Assembly: GCF_000181795.1 (NCBI RefSeq)
Contig: NW_003526943.1
Coordinates: 6,965,566-7,029,565 of the forward strand
DNA from: Trichinella spiralis
Lineage: Eukaryota
Length of the DNA stretch: 64,000 nucleotides
Direction: 5' to 3'
The number at the start of each line of letters is the position of its first letter. Positions within the stretch are counted from its first letter, which is position 1. Under the pieces are notes generated by a model. It worked only from the letters and a program-made list of their open reading frames with translations, was not told the DNA's origin and searched no databases. The translations under genes and the position numbers were made by a program. Positions 26,263 to 38,437 of this stretch are shown here, piece by piece.

Positions 26263-29200
26263 TCATTGTTGCATCTCAGAGACAATTTTGCCAATCCACA
26301 GTTGGAATTGCTGTGGATTTGTCAGAATTGGAGAATCCGTGGCCAGGCGAACCAACAATGCGGATAATGCTTAAAATATGAAAATGAGTAAATATGCAAA
26401 TTGGCAACAACAAGCAAAAATTATCAACGGACGAACCTGGTCTTACGGTGGTTGGATTGCAATGCTTGGCAAGCCATTCTTGAACTGAGCTCATCATTTC
26501 GGCCGACGTTTGACCGGTCACCTCTTTTCTGTAACTTTCGTACAACGGTTGAACCAGTTGCCAAAGCTGCAAAGCAACGACCAACAGATATAAATTAAAT
26601 TGAAATTTTCAACTGACTGACTGACAAGAAAATAAAATATCACACATACTAGCCAGAGTTTCCAATTTTTCTGAAACTTCTGCTTCATGTATACACGCAC
26701 TACATCTTCAAACGAATTAGTGCTGACCACACCCTGATGAGACGAGGCCAAATTCCTCTGATAGGCACTGTCCAGTGTTGAAACATTATCAACATTATAT
26801 ATATTGTTTTTCTTTTTTCCTTTTACAAAATTACTCACCTTATTTTCGCGTTCAATTTCTCCACTTCCGCTTTCATTGCATCAATCATTTTCTCATTGCC
26901 GACATTGACTTTTCGCAAAGAACGAATTTCACTTGCCGCTGAAAACACCAAACAAGATGTGAATAATGAAAAGAAAATTAATATAAAACTATTTTTTCAT
27001 CAAAATTCACCCTGATTGAGGATCATCGCATTGGTTGGTCGAGTGGTCGCCGCCAGCTTGCCATCAAACACAAGCTCCTCCAAAATGTCAAAGCCTTCCT
27101 TGAAATATGAAATATTGTTTTCATTTTTTTGTTTCAATGTAAAAAAAACCAAAAAAAATCATATGCACATTAAAACTAATTTTGAAAATTTTCAATTTTC
27201 CGCTCACCTTCAAAGCACTGCGTCGATACTGTTCCGCTTGCAAGTGCTGCATTCGTTTACGCTCGTTACGGTCGGCAGAACTATCTGCACAAAGTTCCAA
27301 CTGAATCTTCTAGAAAATAACAAGAACAACAACAATGATAAATAACGACAATTAATAAATAAACAATCATGCACCAAATAATATGCTAGCACTATCACGA
27401 CAGGCATGAATGAATGAGTTGAATCAACTTTTGTTAAAATAATATTTCAAAACCATCAACTGATGAAAATTATTTCATCAAATCACATAACCGAACTATT
27501 TATTAAATAGGCAAAGTAACAGAAAAAAAATATATCATACAGAACCGTCTTGCGACATCACGGGGCCTGTTACACTGGTGTTGTTGTTGTTGGTGGTTTT
27601 GTGCAGCTCGGTGCAAAGCTTTTCAAACGGCTGAGCAGAAGTTGAGCTTCTTCCCAGAGGTTCAAAGCAAGAATTGGAAGATACGTTTGTCTAAAGAAAA
27701 AGTGAAACAACAATATAATCGTAATTAATAATTAATACATAAAAAACAGATTATTTCAAAAATAATGACAGACCAAATTTTCCGAACAAATGCTCGACGT
27801 TGGCAAACTCAAGCCGACAACGTTCGAATTCGAATAGGAGGCTGAAATTCAAAGAAAACAAATTAACGACAATTCAATTTCCTGGTTTCGTGTGAATATT
27901 TTTTATTAATTATTTCCCCATTCACCTAGAGGAACTTGAACACTGCCAACAGTTGGAAACAGAACCACCGAACCATCGGATTTTACGGCTCTATTCTGCA
28001 GCAAAGGCTGAAAAGTCAAAAAAGAAAACACGTTCAAAAGCAGTTTTCACCATAGCTTTCAAAATTCAGATAAAATTATTTTTAAAAAAAGAGGAAATAA
28101 TCAATATTAAAATTATTATGCAAACTTTCAATATAAAAATATCACTTATTTTTGTACTTTCTTTTTAAATTTGTAAAACGGAAACCATTATTATCTGTTC
28201 ATTTTATCTCAAAAACCTTGCAACATTTCTAACATTTCACACGTGAAACACGTTTCTGAATAAAATTATTTAAATCATCACTGATTTTTAATTAATTACA
28301 TTTTATGATGAATATGTGCACTTACAATTGTACCCATCGATTGGGTAAGGTTGAACGGAGAGGGCGGGGTAGGCACCGAAGAAGCAACACCTGAAGTAGA
28401 CGGGCCGAGCATGCCGAGCGCGCAAGAGGCAGCCGGTGATTGGCTCGGCGACAGTGACAAACCGCCCAGTGGACTAAGCTGATTGGACGACGGCGAGTTG
28501 AAGGATGTGAACGCGCTCGGTTCGCCCCGACCCAAGCTTATAGGAATTGGTCTCAAAATGCAGCTCTGCGGTGAAAATGGATTACCAAACGATTGTAGTT
28601 GCAGTTGTAACTGTTGTTGGTGTTGTTGTTGTTGCTGCTGCTGCTGTTGCTGCAACCCGTATCCACCAACACCGACACCGACACCACCAACACCAACGTG
28701 CCCGCTGGATGTGATCACATTGTGAGACGACTGACAGCAGCCTTTCGCTTCTCCACTCGTGCTCACAGTACACATTCTGCAAAAAAAATTCTGCTTTATT
28801 TTTCCCCACTATTCAGCAGCAATACATTCATTAATCGTGCTCAGAAACACTTACAATTTGTCTTTAACACAAGCTACCCTGCTGAGTTCAGCTAATTCTG
28901 CATTACCAAGGACGGTTTTGTCATTGTAATTTTCGGGTTGGACATTCAATTGTTTGTCCAACTGAATCGTTCGTCTGCGTTTGCCTCGTTCGCCTCTCGT
29001 ACCAAGTGAACGCCCTTGCTGTTGTTGTGGCTGTTGCTTTGCTTTCGACGACCTTTGCCGTTTAGCAGCAGCAACAACAGTAACAGAAGCTGTTGTAGAA
29101 TTAGCTGATGAGGATGATGATAAAGACGACGATGATGGAGATGATGATGAACATGCCGAAGATGAAACTGAAGCAGAAGAAGCGACCACAGAATAAGCAG

Positions 29201-31385
29201 AAACAAAATCCGAGGGTCCATTGTGAGCAGAAACTACCGCTTGGCCAAAATAATCGCCAGCCGTTGGCTGCGGTTCATCGTACGGACAGAATGGAGTCGT
29301 AGCAGCGCCGTCTGCCCATGTTTTCGCCATTGAATACTGAACCACACGATTGTTTAGAGAACCGGCAGCGGCCATTTGAGGCATATAGGGTTCACAGTAA
29401 GATGTGGTGTTGCTATTGCTGTACTCAAAAGTGGCCCCTGAGCCTGACTGATATGACGTCGATTGTCCACCTCTACCAGCATTATCATAATCAATCAACA
29501 AACCATGATCAACATAACTGAGCTTATTATTATTGTTATTATCAGTATTACTGCTGCTATTATTCTTGTTATTACTGTTATTTTCATTAGCAACAGCAGT
29601 AGTAGAAATCGTAGATGCATGCTGTTGTTGCTCTTGTTGATTATGTTTCTTTGTACAGGATGAAATATTCATCAACAATGGCAAGTCAGCTTCACAACTC
29701 AACAAACCATTTCCACTATCTAATAATAAATATAAAATTCACAATAGAAATAACAGCAAAGGAAAACAGAAGAACAAAATTACCCAACGTTCCCATTATC
29801 TCTTCCAAACTCGGCTGCAACTGAATTAATCCCGGTTGAATGATATCCGCGTTTCCAGCTTGAGCTGAAAAAATAAAACAAACAAATTTTTTATCACATT
29901 ACAAATATTTAAAATAACACGAGAAGAAAAATAACCTTAAATAATTAAACTTGTTCTAATTTTCAAAACCGCATTCCCCTGAACAACATTTAACCTTCAT
30001 TATATTTTGCTTTCCTCTTTTCTTCGTGATTTCAAATTACACATACACGCGTGGAATTTACAAACTCCTTGCTCAGGAAGAATCACAGCATGCAGGTAGG
30101 TATTTATTGCTTGAAGAACATATACATATATAAATTATGCTTCAACATTCTTCTGGATATTGAAAAATACACAGAAAAAAAATTTTTTAATAAGTGCTAA
30201 GGAAAATAATCATTTCGCAAAAATAATGTATGCATAATTAAATAGTTTACCTACTTTATAGGCAAGTAATGGAGAAAAATTACGTACCCATTTCTTTTGG
30301 ATTAGGAAAAAGATAAGGCTGATTGAGGCTTGAAAACAAAGTATCGGTGAACCAGTTGTTCAAATCATCGTATTCGAATGCCGTATTCGAATGCAGGGGT
30401 GTGGTCGGTCTGAAGTTGAACAAAGAGTCGTGTTCATCAAAGCTACGCTTCAAATCAGTGGGACTTTCCTTAGAAAAAGAAAAAGAAAACAAGGCAAAAT
30501 TAAAAATTAACTTTCATCAAAATTTATTAGCCTCACCGATTTGTGTGATCGTCGTTTGTGCAGATGCTTGAGAAAGAAGCGTCTCCAGCGCATATACTGA
30601 CTGGTAATAGTCTCGGTTCGACGTTTCCAAAACATCCCTTCCACAATTGGAATCTGAATCAACAAGTTTCAAATTACTTTTTCACATAAATAATATTGTG
30701 GATACAATTAATGGACCTGTGGCTTCTTGTGCCAATCCTCTTCTGGAATGGAGAAAAAGCAATACTTCGGAGGCACATTTTCCACAACTAAACCCAACAA
30801 CAACAATTATTATTATTATTATTGCATCTCTTCAATCGGTATATCATTTTGAAACATACTGAAAATTTAACTTACAAATTACACAAATATTATCATGCTT
30901 AAAATGAAATGAATATAAATATAGATTTAAATAAAAACAAGGTAGAATTGGAAATAAAATTCACAAAAGTCAAATACAGTCAAATCAACTTTCAGAAAAC
31001 CTTGCAAAAAAAATCATACTATATAATAAAACTTACATTGTATATACCAGGCCCGCCAAATGACGTTGTTCAACCGAACTCGATCAGCCCAAGCAATTTT
31101 CAAACCTTGAAAATTTTTCCATTTCGGAGTGATCAGCTTCCTAAACAATAACAATATTTTTATATTGAAAAAAATAACGCAATTATTCAAAATAATTTCA
31201 TTGTCCATATACAATTGTGATTTTGATTTTAATTTCAGCCGAATTCGATTCAAAATTCATTTTCATATTGAATGAGCGTTTGCATGATTTTGAAAACTTT
31301 CTCTCATAAAACTAGTCAAATAATACATTCGACATTTTAAATTAAATTCATTATGATTCTTTATAATTTTCTAATAAATTTAATC

Positions 31386-31432
<47 letters not shown>

Positions 31433-32465
31433 TATTTTAAAAAATCAAAAATGAAATAAATTTTAAATGAAAATTAAAAAAAACAGTACAAAGCAAACTG
31501 GACAACTTCCATAAAGCGTACATCATTGCAATCTATGATGTATCAACTGTCCAAAATAAAAAATATAATTATCAATTACAAATGTCATTTAATATGTATA
31601 CTAAAACTTCCATTACAAATAAGACAAAAGAGCGGAAAGAAAATTCTCATGATAGAAATCACACAGTTTTCAAATTCTGGTTCAAGAAAATAGCAAAATG
31701 AAAAATATTCGAAATAATAATAATCAATTAAAATTAAAATCATACCATCATACAGTTGGTAAACAACGTAACATACAAAAATAGTTTAAAATAGCTACAT
31801 TTAAAGAAATTAAATTGCAGCTATTAAACCCGTACAGGTTTTAACATATTGCTTAAGACAATTAAAAATAGCCAGGCAAAATCAATTACAATAATCAGAG
31901 AACACCTGTGTAAACTTGGGCATAATTTCATTTAATAAAGCTCTAAAGTAAATTTACAAAAGCACACGAAAAATTCATAATGCAATTTTGATAATTAAAA
32001 TTATTAAAATCGTCACAAGTTTTTCAAATGAAACGACTTTTTTAGTTGCTGTTAAAAAAGATAACAGAATATATGTTCTCAACAAAATTTTGATTGCAGA
32101 TTTATTGAAATCAAATTTCAAAAATCATTTCTGTTTGAATATTATTCGAGAACAGGTAAAGTTAATTGATGGTAAATAAAACATTTTAATTGACAAATCA
32201 ACCGCTTATTAATAAGGCTAAATTCAATAAATGTGCAAAAATTAAACACTGGTTTTTCAAATTACAATTTCCCTTCTATATTCAAGCAACAGATGCAATA
32301 CAAATTAATTTATTTAATAATTGGAGCTTATTTCAAAAATTCTGGTTTTCATAATAGTAGAGTGGAAATCACAACTTTGAAAACTGAGCGGAAATTTTGA
32401 CAAATAACCTAAGCATTTTGCAATAGCAACATTCAAAAAACATTCACGCAATCAATTAACAACAA

Positions 32466-32497
<32 letters not shown>

Positions 32498-33215
32498 GAT
32501 GCTTCACGAATGCATATTAAACAGGTAAATTTTACTATTGCAATTACGCGCTTAGAAACTACCAAAAAGAGAAAGCATGCACACAGTTACATAGCGCAAA
32601 CCAGCATTATAATTCGGTTTATATGATTAATTTTAATCCATTTACTGATGACATGTTACAAATTGATAAACTAGAACGGACCAGTATACAAAGAATTCAC
32701 AAAGAGGAAATGAAAACTAAATTTAAAATGAAAAACTGTCGCCAAACTGGGCAAAAAAGCAACAGGAAAATCCATTTGAAGTTACATCGCCTGAGCTCTA
32801 AATGAAACAATTTTAAAAGTGCATATTTAGATTAACAAGATATTTAAATATAAATAGGAGATTTCAAACTATCTTTAATGTGGTAGATTTAGCAAAAACA
32901 AAATCAACTAATGCATGCATACCCTTCTTGGTAAACAATTTGAATACATCTGTTCAACTTCGTCAATGAAGTATCGATTGCAATGGATTGCGAAGTCTTT
33001 GGACCAAATTTGTAAAACGTAACGGGATTTGCGTCTGCAACGTCTGGCATAAGCTCACTTGAGGATTCCATAGAACTATCGGATACGATATCTATTTCTT
33101 CTTCTTCTTCTGGCTTGTTTTCATGAACATGCGATGACATGAACTGTCCACTGTGAATAATATTTTCCATCTTATTCATCAGACTCGCGCTGTTTTCAAC
33201 TTTTCGACTGTACAT
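26263..33215 (-). CDS. mml-1: Mondo/ChREBP-family bHLH-ZIP transcription factor (MML-1/MLXIP-like), multi-exon
   Basis: Mondo conserved regions IHSGQFMSS, IDTSLTKLNRCI, KLITPKWKNFQGLKIAWADRVRLNNVIWRAWYIQ, VEGMFWKRR, FTDTLFSSL and ADIIQPGLIQLQPSLEE. Low-complexity middle (28.3-29.7 kb). bHLH ERKRMQHLQAEQYRRSALK|EGFDILEELV...TNAMILNQ|AASEIRSLR at ~26.84-27.31 kb. C-terminal NWKLWL...VQPLYESY...WLAKHC...LVRLATDSPILTNP, stop at 26265-26263. Confidence 0.93.
31386..31430. repeat. Compound (TA)n(TG)n microsatellite in a mml-1 intron
   Basis: tatatatatata followed by ~16 TG units. Confidence 0.95.
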
Positions 33216-34621
33216 TTGAAATCTGAAACAAAAAGCACTTTATAGATATGCAATGCAAATTTCTTTATTGTATAAAATTAAAAGCACACACGCCTATATA
33301 TGCATATACACGTTCGTAGAACTGCACTTTTATTACCTTGCAAAAAACAAACCGCAGCTGCTGATAAAATAAAATTCGAAATTTATCACGCCATTACACA
33401 ACCATCAGATAAAAGTACATTTTCATTCACTGATTCAATAAATGCAAACACATTCTACTTTTCATTGTTAAACATGAAAATTAATATCTCAGCGACTCGC
33501 CAGAGCCATGAGCCGAGAGAGCGAAATAATAAAAACACTTTATAATGACTGGCTGCAAAACGTGACTACCGTATTTTCAAATGCAAGTTTTATTACCTTA
33601 TTTTAATATTAATCGTTTCTTTTGCAAAATAAAATTCCATTTATTATTTTATTGGTTAAACATAACAAATATATACTGTGTACATATTATTTTTGCTCAA
33701 AATCAATAATAAAAAAAGAAAACTAGCTTATATTTGAATACAGAAAAACTGCAATAAAATGTATTGCAGCATTAAATATACAATGCTTTGTCATTATTTT
33801 TATTGTATTATTTTATGTCAAGTATTCATTGAATGAGACAAAAGATAATAAAATGTTTCAACGGAATATGAAACAAAACAAAAATTAAAATAATATATTA
33901 TAAACATACGCAATACCCGTGTTTTACATAAATATTTTCATATAAACATTTTATTACAGTAATATTCTTACACACAAACACATACGGAGATTGTTTTTAT
34001 TAATCAGAAATTCTTACTTGAATTCAACTTTCTTAATACAGTACTCGATTTGTTACTTACGAAGCTTATGCTTATATAAATTTTCACTGCGCTCAGCTTT
34101 ATAAAAAGTATATGTTATTTTTATTTTTTTATTTATTTGAAATGTTTCCTGATTAATAAGTTTAAAATTCAGTTCAACTTTTGAAAACTGCTATTGGCTT
34201 TTTGTGCATTCAGTTGTTATGTTCATTGCCTCGATTGGTGCACAAATTCCGTTTATAAATTTGTGTAAAAGTATATGTTTTGGTTAAAATTTTGATTTTT
34301 GTTCTTTATTTGAAAGAATATTTTATTGAACTGTTTAATTTCTGATTGTCTTTTTAATTGCACACGTTCAATTGCATGAGCAGCTTATTATTATTCTCTG
34401 TAGAATATAAATGCATGTTGATCAGTCTAGAAAATGAAATTTGTTGGATGCAAAAGTTGCATGATTGCTACATAGAATTGCAATGATTAAGTTTTATTTA
34501 CTTGAATGTCACTTGCAAGGAATTTGCAATTTTGTAAAAATAAGTTTGCGAAACTTCTATTTTAGGCACGTTGTAGATGCGAGTGATGGTTGCTTGATGT
34601 AAATTGACTGATTAGAAAAAG

Positions 34622-35819
34622 ATGCTTGCTCAGAAGCAAGGTAATTGTTATTTGTCTTTACTGAATGATTATTAATATTAATAGCAATTGAACAGTTTGT
34701 TCTCGGTGCAAAAGGTCGTCGGAAAGTAATGCGGACGAGTAAGTGTTGTTTAAAATTTTTTTTTAATTTTGGATGTGTAAAACTTGTGCAGAAAATTTGA
34801 TTTGGACTTGTTCTTAGTTTGTGAAAAAATCTAACAGTTTTTCACTTCTAGGCATGGGAAATGTAGAAGTTTGTTAAATTTGAATATAAGTTTTAGATTT
34901 TGTGTTTTCATTTCAATTTTCAATTTCAACTTTACCAGTTGTTGAAATTTTACATTCCGCATGAAGCAAGTATGTCTACTTTGTGTTGATGAATTTTATT
35001 GATTTCTTGATAACTTTTATAAAATGAGAATTAATGAATAAGCGTAACATGACAAGCAAGATGAATTAATAGCTTGATATATATATATATAAATTTTTCT
35101 GAGAAATTCATATACCATTTTAGTTTGCAATTAAATTCGTTTTATTTATCCAATTGATAGTGCTGTTTGATTTAGATACATTGAACGGAAGAGGTTTCTC
35201 ACGGAAGAAGAAGTATCAAGTAGACTTAACAATGTTCACTTTACAGAGCCTTCCTCTTCAGCGGTCAGTATTGCGGAAGCAAAGAATTCGTAAATATTAA
35301 AATAAATATTAAAATATTAATTTCTTTTATGAAATAATACTCTATTTTTTCAATTCGAGAATTCCTGAAGTAGAACCGCTCGAAGAAGAAGAAGAAGAAG
35401 AAGAAGATGGTGATGATGATGAAGAAGAGAAAATTATCCAAGACGCAAATACGTCTGTAGAATTTTCGGATGAGTTGAAATTTATTCTAGAATTGAAAAA
35501 TATTTGGAAAACAAGAGTTCACTATCCACAACTGTGAGTGTGAACTGTGCCAGACTTCGATGTATCAGTTTAATGTTAGTGTTAATTGATCAGTAGCAAT
35601 CGAAGAATGGAGGTTGTTCCGTGGACTCCGCTTCCAAAATCATTTTCTTCATCCGACGAAGAAGATGAAAAACAATCTCAAATTGTCGAAAACAATTCAG
35701 AGTATGTTTGTCGATGTGAAAACAATTTTTTGATTATTTATGCAATAAATGTGAAATTTGATTATAGCAAAATTACGGTAACCGTTGACGAAAATGATGA
35801 AGAAAAAATGGAATTATAA
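34622..35819 (+). CDS. Small acidic protein, CCDC117 / HCFC1R1 (HPIP)-like
   Basis: Exons 34622-34640, 34696-34738, 35176-35289, 35360-35533, 35594-35701 and 35768-35819 splice in frame: MLAQKQVCSRCKRSSESNADEYIERKRFLTEEEVSSRLNNVHF...polyE/D...VEFSDELKFILE...RRMEVVPWTPLP...DEEKMEL*. Gene model is well supported; family call rests on recalled motifs. Confidence 0.6.
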
Positions 35820-36057
35820 GAAGAAAAAAAGGTTTTATTTATTATATTGAACGAGTTTTTATTTGAAATATATGGGTAATAGATATAGGTATTTATATTA
35901 AATTATGTTTTAGTTGTTTTGACAATTTGTGTTGTGTTTTGCATTGAATACACACGAATTATCGTGTAATTATATTACTTTTTTATATTCGTATTATAAT
36001 AGTAATCATTAACATCAGCGATACCAATATCTGTATGTATTGTAAGTGAAGTTGGTG

Positions 36058-38437
36058 ATGAGTTTGTTTTGTTCGCCTATGGCAAACAGTGTTCAGCACG
36101 TGTTGGAATCGAAATGCTTGGAAGGGCTACCGAATCATGACAGTTTTCCAAAAGCGGCTTTTCAATGTTTTGAAGAGTTGAGACGTTTGGGCAAATTATG
36201 CGACGTGACGTTGCTAGTGAACGGAAGCAAATTTCACGCTCATCGAATAGTTCTGGCCGCCACAATACCGTACTTCAAAGCGATGTTCACGCACGACATG
36301 GCCGAGAAAAGTTTGCATCAAATTACAGTTCAAGTAAATTTTTTTTAAAAAAATGGAATAATTTTATGTTTGTTTGTTTACACTTTTCAGGGTGTAAATG
36401 AGGATGTTTTGGAAAGTTTGATCAATTATTGTTACACCGGACGGTTGACCATTTCGTCAGAAAGTGTGCAGGCGTTGTTGATTGGTGCTTCTTACTTGCA
36501 GATGGATTTGATCGTCGAAGCGTGTTGTAAATTGATGATGCAGTCGCTGTGCGTTACCAACGCCGTGGCGATGCTGCGCTTTTCGCGCGACTTCGCCTGC
36601 GAAATGCTCCATCTGGAGGCGATTCGTTACGTGCTGGCCAATTTTGTTACCGTATCCAAGACGGACGAATTTTTGAATTTGACTTTTGAAGAAATTTTGC
36701 CGCTGCTTTCCAACGACGAACTCTTGCTCAGCGGTGAAGAGGACGTTTTTCAAGCCGCCACGCGTTGGGTAAAGCGAAAATTTCGAGGAGCAGCAGTTCT
36801 TGTTCAGGGCGTGGATTTTTTTTTCAGGTGAGGCACAACACCAAAGAGCGTGAAGTGCACTTGCCGACACTGTTGGCTTGCGTGCGTTTCCCACTGCTGG
36901 ATTTGCATTATCTGACCAACTGGGTTGAAAGTGAACCGCTTGTTTCTGGAAATGTAGATTGCTTGAAATTGATCAACGAAGCTGAAGAATATTTCGTCAG
37001 ACCGGATCGTCGACCGTTGTTGAAAACATTCAAAAATTATCCAAGATTCTGTTCAGCATCTAGAAAGATGCTGTTCGCGGTCGGTGGGCTGGACTATGTC
37101 GGTTATCCGTCTTGTCAAGTGCACAGGTTGGTGATGTTCTGTGTTGGGATGTGATTTATTAATATTTTCTTCTTCCCATTGCTTATCAGACTTTTGAGCT
37201 GTGGAAATACGTGGATTGCAGTTGAGCCGATGAATTTGTTCAGGGCCAGAGTTGGTGTTGCCGTTACGTTGAACAAATTGTAATTAAAAAATTGCTATTG
37301 TAATTTATTTCATTTCCACTAATTTCAGATTTGTCATTGGTGGTAATTTCATGTTCAAACCGCTTCGTCAAGTCGAAGTGTACGATTTGGGTATTTCAAA
37401 GTGGAAATCGGTCGCTTCACTGACGGCGAAAAGAAGTGCACTTGGCGCTGTCGCATACGGAGATCACATTTACGTATGTTAATTTTTTAAATCAGTCGCA
37501 ATAATTTTTTTTGCTAATTTGGGACGTTGGGTGAAAATTATTTTCTCATTTCAGGCTTGTGGAGGTAAGCATATTGTATGAAAATTAATTTTGTTAGCAA
37601 TTTTTCATTCATTCAAGGACACAATGGCTTTTCTTCACTCTCGTCAGTGGAAAAATACAGCATAAAAGACGACAAGTGATACATATATATATTTATTTAT
37701 TTACCTTTTATTATTTGTTTGTTTGTGTAGGTGGACATCATCTCCATCAATGAAAAAATGCCGTTCAGCTCCTGCAGTTGTTTTATTGGATGGTCGAATT
37801 TTTGTCATCGGTATGTTGGATGTTGAAAGGGATAATAATAATAATAATAATGTTAAAATATTTCGACTTGATTGATAATTCAGGAGGACATGACGGTATT
37901 GAAATATTCAATTCGGTCGAATGTTTCGATCCAAATACTGGACTGTGGACATTCGTGAGTCCAATGTTGACACGTCGATGTCGACTTGGTGCAGCCGTGC
38001 TGAATGGCAAGATGTAATAATATTATTTTTTGCATTCTTATGTATATTTCGAAACGAAAGTAGTGTGAGCAATTTGTTATTTTCAGTTATGTAGCCGGTG
38101 GTTGTAATGGGACACATTTTCTTCGTTCAGTCGAATGCTACGACCCGGTGAAAGATGAATGGTCATTTGTTTGTAATATGAACGTTGCACGAAGTAGGAT
38201 CTCCGTTGCTGAATATCAGGGAAAAATTTACGCTGCTGGTAGGGTATATTATGCATGTACTTTTTTTTTACTGAATTTCAACTTTAATACTTTGTTTTTT
38301 CAGGTGGTTATGACGGTATTAATAATTTATGTACTGTGGAAGTGTTCACGCCGGAGACAAATTCATTTCAATATGGGCCATGCTTGAACGGGCATGAAGG
38401 CAGTTTGTCTATAGCGGCTGTCCCAGTGAATTTTTGA
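36058..38437 (+). CDS. KLHL18: BTB-BACK-Kelch protein, KLHL18-like Cullin-3 adaptor (multi-exon)
   Basis: BTB (FEELRRLGKLCDVTL...FHAHRIVLAATIPYFKAMFTHDMAE...LESLINYCYTGRL), BACK (FVTVSKTDEFLNL...EEDVFQAATRWV), and six kelch repeats (LFAVGG, RARVGVAV, KRSALGA, GGHDGIEIFNSVECFDP, RRCRLGAAVLNGKIYVAGG, RSRISVA...GGYDG), ending GHEGSLSIAAVPVNF*. Confidence 0.88.

Noticed and set aside
28483..29663. Plus-strand ORFs with poly-Cys, poly-Leu and poly-Asp that look like metallothioneins or signal peptides
   Set aside because: They are antisense shadows of the CAG/AAT/TCA repeats in mml-1 exons.
34852..34970. AG/GT-bounded segments in intron 2 of the CCDC117-like gene as poison exons
   Set aside because: Such sites occur by chance in AT-rich introns and direct splicing 34738-35176 gives a clean frame; no evidence without RNA data.
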